Source: Escherichia coli
Lineage (GTDB): Bacteria > Pseudomonadota > Gammaproteobacteria > Enterobacterales > Enterobacteriaceae
Strand: one strand, 5' to 3'
Length of the DNA stretch: 64,000 bases
Assembly: GCF_016026235.1 (NCBI RefSeq)
Contig: NZ_CP065613.1
Positions within the stretch are counted from its first letter, which is position 1. The number at the start of each line of letters is the position of its first letter. Both the position numbers and the translations under genes were made by a program. Positions 58,256 through 64,000 of the stretch are shown one piece after another. Under the pieces are notes generated by a model, which saw only the letters and a list, made by a program, of their open reading frames with translations, had not been told where the DNA came from and made no database searches.

Positions 58256-60267
58256 TGAACGCATCGTCATGGTCCTTGCGCAACTTGCCCTGGTTCAGGG
58301 CCACGCTGGCGCAATGGCGTTATGCGTTACGCAATACCATTGCTATGTGTCTGGCGCTGACGGTTGCCTATTATTTGAATCTGGATGAACCCTATTGGGC
58401 GATGACCTCGGCTGCAGTGGTTAGCTTTCCCACCGTTGGCGGTGTCATCAGCAAAAGCCTCGGACGCATCGCTGGCAGTTTACTGGGAGCCATTGCGGCA
58501 CTGCTTCTTGCCGGGCATACGCTCAATGAGCCGTGGTTTTTTCTATTGAGCATGTCGGCGTGGCTTGGCTTTTGTACCTGGGCCTGTGCGCACTTCACGA
58601 ATAACGTCGCGTATGCATTTCAACTGGCGGGCTACACGGCTGCCATCATCGCCTTTCCGATGGTTAATATTACTGAGGCCAGCCAGCTGTGGGATATCGC
58701 TCAGGCGCGCGTTTGCGAGGTGATTGTCGGTATTTTGTGCGGCGGCATGATGATGATGATCCTGCCGAGCAGTTCCGATGCTACAGCCCTTTTAACCGCA
58801 TTGAAAAACATGCACGCCCGATTACTGGAACATGCCAGTTTACTCTGGCAGCCTGAAACAACCGATGCCATTCGTGCAGCACATGAAGGGGTGATTGGGC
58901 AGATACTGACCATGAATTTGCTGCGTATCCAGGCTTTCTGGAGCCACTATCGTTTTCGCCAGCAAAACGCGCGCCTTAATGCGCTGCTCCACCAGCAATT
59001 ACGTATGACCAGTGTCATCTCCAGCCTGCGACGTATGTTGCTCAACTGGCCCTCACCGCCAGGTGCCACGCGAGAAATTCTCGAACAGTTGCTGACGGCG
59101 CTCGCCAGTTCGCAAACAGATGTTTACACCGTCGCACGTATTATCGCCCCGCTACGCCCGACCAACGTCGCCGACTATCGGCACGTCGCCTTCTGGCAGC
59201 GACTACGTTATTTTTGCCGCCTTTATCTGCAAAGTAGTCAGGAATTACATCGTCTGCAAAGCGATGTAGATGATCATGCCAGACTCCCACGGACATCCGG
59301 CCTGGCTCGTCATACCGATAACGCCGAAGCTATGTGGAGCGGGCTGCGTACATTTTGTACGTTGATGATGATTGGCGCATGGAGTATTGCTTCGCAATGG
59401 GATGCCGGTGCCAATGCATTAACGCTGGCAGCGATTAGCTGCGTACTCTACTCCGCCGTCGCAGCACCGTTTAAGTCGTTGTCACTGCTGATGCGCACGC
59501 TGGTGTTACTTTCGCTATTCAGCTTTGTGGTCAAATTTGGTCTGATGGTCCAGATTAGCGATCTGTGGCAATTTTTGTTGTTTCTCTTTCCACTGCTGGC
59601 GACAATGCAGCTTCTTAAATTGCAGATGCCCAAATTTGCCGCGTTGTGGGGGCAACTGATTGTTTTTATGGGTTCTTTTATCGCCGTCACTAATCCCTCG
59701 GTGTATGATTTTGCTGATTTTCTTAACGATAATCTGGCGAAAATCGTTGGCGTCGCGTTGGCGTGGTTAGCGTTCGCCATTCTGCGTCCAGGATCGGATG
59801 CTCGCAAAAGCCGCCGCCATATTCGCGCGCTGCGCCGGGATTTTGTCGATCAACTAAGCCGCCATCCAACACTGAGTGAAAGCGAATTTGAATCGCTCAC
59901 TTATCATCACGTCAGTCAGTTGAGTAACAGCCAGGATGCGCTGGCTCGCCGTTGGTTATTACGCTGGGGTGTAGTGCTGCTGAACTGTTCTCATGTTGTC
60001 TGGCAATTACGCGACTGGGAATCGCGTTCCGATCCGTTATCGCGAGTACGGGATAACTGTATTTCACTGTTGCGGGGAGTGATGAGTGAGCGTGGCGTTC
60101 AGCAAAAATCACTGGCGGCCACACTTGAAGAATTACAGCGGATTTGCGACAGCCTTGCCCGTCATCATCAACCTGCCGCCCGTGAGCTGGCGGCAATTGT
60201 CTGGCGGCTGTACTGCTCGCTTTCGCAACTTGAGCAAGCACCACCGCAAGGTACGCTGGCCTCTTAA
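58255..60267 (+). CDS. ydhK: FUSC-family (aromatic acid exporter-like) inner membrane protein
   Basis: 670-aa ORF with two hydrophobic domains; translationally coupled to ydhJ. Confidence 0.85.
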   Translation: MNASSWSLRNLPWFRATLAQWRYALRNTIAMCLALTVAYYLNLDEPYWAMTSAAVVSFPTVGGVISKSLGRIAGSLLGAIAALLLAGHTLNEPWFFLLSMSAWLGFCTWACAHFTNNVAYAFQLAGYTAAIIAFPMVNITEASQLWDIAQARVCEVIVGILCGGMMMMILPSSSDATALLTALKNMHARLLEHASLLWQPETTDAIRAAHEGVIGQILTMNLLRIQAFWSHYRFRQQNARLNALLHQQLRMTSVISSLRRMLLNWPSPPGATREILEQLLTALASSQTDVYTVARIIAPLRPTNVADYRHVAFWQRLRYFCRLYLQSSQELHRLQSDVDDHARLPRTSGLARHTDNAEAMWSGLRTFCTLMMIGAWSIASQWDAGANALTLAAISCVLYSAVAAPFKSLSLLMRTLVLLSLFSFVVKFGLMVQISDLWQFLLFLFPLLATMQLLKLQMPKFAALWGQLIVFMGSFIAVTNPSVYDFADFLNDNLAKIVGVALAWLAFAILRPGSDARKSRRHIRALRRDFVDQLSRHPTLSESEFESLTYHHVSQLSNSQDALARRWLLRWGVVLLNCSHVVWQLRDWESRSDPLSRVRDNCISLLRGVMSERGVQQKSLAATLEELQRICDSLARHHQPAARELAAIVWRLYCSLSQLEQAPPQGTLAS

Positions 60268-60789
60268 TTACTTAATTACACCACAGGCATAGCGTTCACC
60301 GCCACCGCCCAGCGGTTTAGGTTGATCGGACATATTATCGCCGCCAACGTGGACCATCAGCGCTTTGTCTTTGATTTCATCCAGTGATTTCAGACGAGGC
60401 GCGATGACGGCATCGGTAGCTTTGCCGTCATTATTGACGACCAGTGCAGGCAGATCGCCTAAATGCCCGGCACCTTCTGGCCCTTCATGTTTACCGGTAT
60501 TTTGTGGATCAAGATGCCCGCCTGCGGATTCCGCGGCGCTGGCTTTGCCATCTTTGGTGGCTGGCTGGCAGCTTCCTTTGGCATGAATATGGAAGCCATA
60601 TTCACCGGGGGGTAATGCTTTCAGATCGGGCGAAAACTCCAGACCTTTATCGGTTTCAGTAATGGTGACGCTACCAATTGACTGCCCAACCCCTTGCGAC
60701 GTGACGAGGTTCATCTCGACTTTTTCACTGGCAGCTTGTGCGCCGGTCGCAACAACCAGCGCCAGAATGGCCAGACTAAAACGTTTCAT
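60268..60789 (-). CDS. sodC: periplasmic Cu,Zn superoxide dismutase
   Basis: ORF 60268..60840; start set at MKRFSLAILALVVATGAQA (173 aa); His-rich metal-binding motifs (GFHIHAKGSC, GGHLDP). Confidence 0.9.
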   Translation of the reverse strand: MKRFSLAILALVVATGAQAASEKVEMNLVTSQGVGQSIGSVTITETDKGLEFSPDLKALPPGEYGFHIHAKGSCQPATKDGKASAAESAGGHLDPQNTGKHEGPEGAGHLGDLPALVVNNDGKATDAVIAPRLKSLDEIKDKALMVHVGGDNMSDQPKPLGGGGERYACGVIK

Positions 60790-60869
60790 AGGACCTCCGT
60801 TCATTGTGCATTCCTGAATAAGTGTAAACCAGTGACACATTTTTGAACGGCGGCTATTCCTAAAAGTGC

Positions 60870-61766
60870 TTACGGTACGTCGTACCCCAGTGCCGCTTTA
60901 CGGATACGAAACCATTGTTGACGGGTCATTTTCAGTGTTTCTGCTTCGACAGCTGCCCGTACGCGCTCAATTTTACCTGAGCCGATAATTGGCAGCGGCT
61001 GCGACGGTAAACGTAATACCCAAGCGTAAACCACCTGTTCAATCGAGCCCGCGTTTAACTCCTCCGCCACCACAGCCAGTTCATCACGCAGCGGCTGGAA
61101 ATAATCATCATTAAACAGACGACCACCACCAAGGCAGGACCACGCCATCGGACGAACACGCAGTTGTTGCAGTTGGTCGAGCGTGCCATCCAGCAGTAAC
61201 GGCTGATGTACCGGGGATATTTCCACCTGATTAGTGGCAAGGGTAAACGGCAGACGTGATTGCAACAGGGCAAATTGCGCAGGCGTAAAGTTCGATACGC
61301 CAAAATGACGCACTTTGCCGCTCTGATGCAGATGTTTGAACGCGTCCGCCACTTCATCGGCATCCATTAACGGGTCCGGGCGGTGGATTAACAGCAGATC
61401 CAGATGATCGGTCGCAAGATTAATTAGCGACTGTTCGGCGCTCTTAATGATGTGATCGCGGTCAGTGATGTAATGACCAATGACGTTTTCTTCACGCGCG
61501 GTCGTCGCGATACCGCATTTACTGACGATTTCCATCCGCTCACGCAGGTGAGGTGCCAGTTTCAGCGCCTCGCCAAACGCCGCTTCGCACTGATAGCCAC
61601 CATATATATCAGCATGGTCCACGGTGGTCACGCCGAGATCCAGATGCTCTTCAATAAAACTGACCAGCTGGCGGGCGGACATGTTCCAGTCCATCAATCG
61701 CCAGTAGCCCATCACAAAACGGGAAAACTCCGGGCCTTGCGGCGCAATAGTAATACGCTGAACCAT
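60870..61766 (-). CDS. ydhF: aldo-keto reductase family oxidoreductase
   Basis: 298-aa AKR-fold ORF. Confidence 0.88.
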   Translation of the reverse strand: MVQRITIAPQGPEFSRFVMGYWRLMDWNMSARQLVSFIEEHLDLGVTTVDHADIYGGYQCEAAFGEALKLAPHLRERMEIVSKCGIATTAREENVIGHYITDRDHIIKSAEQSLINLATDHLDLLLIHRPDPLMDADEVADAFKHLHQSGKVRHFGVSNFTPAQFALLQSRLPFTLATNQVEISPVHQPLLLDGTLDQLQQLRVRPMAWSCLGGGRLFNDDYFQPLRDELAVVAEELNAGSIEQVVYAWVLRLPSQPLPIIGSGKIERVRAAVEAETLKMTRQQWFRIRKAALGYDVP

Positions 61767-61814
61767 AATCGCTTCCTCTTATCAGATATGAGAGGAGTAT
61801 ACGCAAGATTAGGC

Positions 61815-62054
61815 TCAAAAGAGTGATGGTTGCTCCGGTTCGTCTGATGACGCTGGCTTATTTGCACGTAATTTGCGCATTAATCGCTGCCGACAAAGGC
61901 GCAGCACCTCTTGTTTTTCGCCATCGCTCATTTTATTCCAGTTAAAACGCTCATCCCGGCTTCGAAAACAGCCGCGACAAAACCCGCGTTCGTCAGACTG
62001 GCAAATTCCCCGGCACGGGCTCTGGACGGGAAAGAACTCTAATTGCTCCGCCAC
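61815..62054 (-). CDS. ydhL: DUF1289-family small Cys-rich protein
   Basis: ORF 61815..62225 is N-terminally extended; a GTG start at VAEQLEFF gives the 79-aa Cys-rich protein (CRGICQ...CRGCFRS). Confidence 0.7.
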   Translation of the reverse strand: MAEQLEFFPVQSPCRGICQSDERGFCRGCFRSRDERFNWNKMSDGEKQEVLRLCRQRLMRKLRANKPASSDEPEQPSLF

Positions 62055-62126
62055 TTCGCCCTCCTCAAATAAGATTATTACCATTATTGAAGCTGTTAAT
62101 GCCCAAAGTAGCAACTTTGCTTGCAC

Positions 62127-62142
62127 TAGACCGACTGGTCTA
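62127..62142 (+). promoter_or_regulatory. NemR operator (NemR box) upstream of nemR
   Basis: Inverted repeat TAGACC-GACT-GGTCTA about 15 bp upstream of the nemR start; matches the NemR box as I recall it. Confidence 0.5.
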
Positions 62143-62156
62143 CTACACTCCAGCGC

Positions 62157-62756
62157 ATGAACAAACACACCGAACATGATACTCGCGAACATCTCCTGGC
62201 GACGGGCGAGCAACTTTGCCTGCAACGTGGATTCACCGGGATGGGGCTAAGCGAATTACTAAAAACCGCTGAAGTGCCGAAAGGGTCCTTCTATCACTAC
62301 TTTCGCTCTAAAGAGGCGTTTGGCGTTGCCATGCTTGAGCGCCATTATGCCGCATATCACCAGCGACTGACTGAGTTGCTGCAATCCGGCGAAGGTAACT
62401 ACCGCGACCGCATACTGGCTTATTACCAGCAAACACTGAACCAGTTTTGCCAACATGGAACCATCAGTGGTTGCCTGACAGTAAAACTCTCTGCCGAAGT
62501 GTGCGATCTGTCAGAAGATATGCGTAGCGCGATGGATAAAGGCGCTCGCGGCGTGATCGCCCTGCTCTCGCAGGCTCTGGAAAATGGCCGTGATAGCCAT
62601 TGTTTAACCTTTTGTGGCGAACCGCTGCAACAGGCACAAGTGCTTTACGCACTATGGCTTGGCGCGAATCTGCAGGCCAAAATTTCGCGCAATTCCGAGC
62701 CACTGGAAAACGCGCTGGCACATGTAAAAACCATTATTGCGACGCCTGCCGTTTAG
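62157..62756 (+). CDS. nemR: TetR-family electrophile-responsive repressor NemR
   Basis: 199-aa TetR-family ORF cotranscribed with nemA. Confidence 0.9.
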   Translation: MNKHTEHDTREHLLATGEQLCLQRGFTGMGLSELLKTAEVPKGSFYHYFRSKEAFGVAMLERHYAAYHQRLTELLQSGEGNYRDRILAYYQQTLNQFCQHGTISGCLTVKLSAEVCDLSEDMRSAMDKGARGVIALLSQALENGRDSHCLTFCGEPLQQAQVLYALWLGANLQAKISRNSEPLENALAHVKTIIATPAV

Positions 62757-62792
62757 CAGGCATTTTTTATCACCAGACGACCGGGAGCCTTT

Positions 62793-63890
62793 ATGTCATC
62801 TGAAAAACTGTATTCCCCACTGAAAGTGGGCGCAATAACTGCGGCAAACCGTATTTTTATGGCACCGCTGACGCGTCTGCGCAGTATTGAACCGGGTGAC
62901 ATCCCTACCCCGTTGATGGCGGAATACTATCGCCAACGTGCCAGTGCCGGTTTGATTATTAGCGAAGCCACGCAAATTTCTGCCCAGGCAAAAGGGTATG
63001 CTGGTGCACCTGGCATCCATAGTCCGGAGCAAATTGCCGCATGGAAAAAAATTACCGCTGGCGTTCATGCTGAAAATGGTCATATGGCCGTACAGCTGTG
63101 GCACACCGGACGCATTTCTCACGCCAGCCTGCAACCTGGCGGTCAGGCACCGGTAGCGCCTTCAGCACTTAGCGCGGGAACACGTACTTCTCTGCGCGAT
63201 GAAAATGGTCAGGCGATCCGTGTTGAAACATCCATGCCGCGTGCGCTTGAACTGGAAGAGATTCCAGGTATCGTCAATGATTTCCGTCAGGCCATTGCTA
63301 ACGCGCGTGAAGCCGGTTTTGATCTGGTAGAGCTCCACTCTGCTCACGGTTATTTGCTGCATCAGTTCCTTTCCCCTTCTTCAAACCATCGTACCGATCA
63401 GTACGGCGGCAGCGTGGAAAATCGCGCACGTTTGGTACTGGAAGTGGTCGATGCCGGGATTGAAGAATGGGGTGCCGATCGCATTGGCATTCGCGTTTCG
63501 CCAATCGGTACTTTCCAGAACACGGATAACGGCCCGAATGAAGAAGCCGATGCACTGTATCTGATTGAACAACTGGGTAAACGCGGCATTGCTTATCTGC
63601 ATATGTCAGAACCAGATTGGGCGGGAGGTGAACCGTATACTGATGCGTTCCGCGAAAAAGTACGCGCCCGTTTCCACGGTCCGATTATCGGCGCAGGTGC
63701 ATACACGGTAGAAAAAGCCGAAACGCTGATTGGCAAAGGGTTAATTGATGCGGTGGCATTTGGTCGTGACTGGATTGCGAACCCGGATCTGGTCGCCCGC
63801 TTGCAGCGCAGAGCTGAGCTTAACCCACAGCGTGCCGAAAGTTTCTACGGTGGCGGCGCGGAAGGCTATACCGATTACCCGACGTTGTAA
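62793..63890 (+). CDS. nemA: N-ethylmaleimide reductase (Old Yellow Enzyme family, FMN)
   Basis: 365-aa OYE-fold ORF ([14 protein letters not shown] motif). Confidence 0.92.
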   Translation: MSSEKLYSPLKVGAITAANRIFMAPLTRLRSIEPGDIPTPLMAEYYRQRASAGLIISEATQISAQAKGYAGAPGIHSPEQIAAWKKITAGVHAENGHMAVQLWHTGRISHASLQPGGQAPVAPSALSAGTRTSLRDENGQAIRVETSMPRALELEEIPGIVNDFRQAIANAREAGFDLVELHSAHGYLLHQFLSPSSNHRTDQYGGSVENRARLVLEVVDAGIEEWGADRIGIRVSPIGTFQNTDNGPNEEADALYLIEQLGKRGIAYLHMSEPDWAGGEPYTDAFREKVRARFHGPIIGAGAYTVEKAETLIGKGLIDAVAFGRDWIANPDLVARLQRRAELNPQRAESFYGGGAEGYTDYPTL

Positions 63891-63970
63891 TCCAACATTG
63901 CGAGCGGCGTAAAGCCGCCGCTATACTAAAACAACATTTTGAATCTGTTAGCCATTTTGAGGATAAAAAG

Positions 63971-64000
63971 ATGCGTCTTCTTCATACCATGCTGCGCGTT
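63971..64000 (+). CDS. gloA: glyoxalase I, 5' fragment truncated by window end
   Basis: ATG followed by MRLLHTMLRV, the GloA N-terminus; only 10 codons are in the window. Confidence 0.7.
   Translation, partial: MRLLHTMLRV

Overview
This window reads as an Escherichia coli K-12-like core chromosome segment, collinear from clcB to the start of gloA, with about 57 protein genes that I recognise from memory of the K-12 gene order and protein N-termini (no database search was possible). No tRNA/rRNA genes or CRISPR array were seen. I did not find a novel multi-gene system. Three things depart from the K-12 reference as I remember it: (1) a ~1.29 kb IS10-like (IS4-family) insertion sequence between uidR and uidA, with ~20-bp imperfect terminal inverted repeats, a 9-10 bp direct target duplication and a transposase that is clearly related to, but diverged from, IS10 transposase; (2) an in-frame TAG stop at codon 7 of uidB, which the ORF track confirms by starting the uidB ORF at an internal Met; (3) rsxC is 772 aa against the 740 aa I recall for K-12, consistent with one extra 96-bp unit in its tandem repeat array. 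Together (1) and (2) suggest the gus (uidR-uidABC) locus is being remodelled in this strain. Coordinates I derived by reading the sequence text may be off by 1-2 bp; ORF-track coordinates are authoritative.
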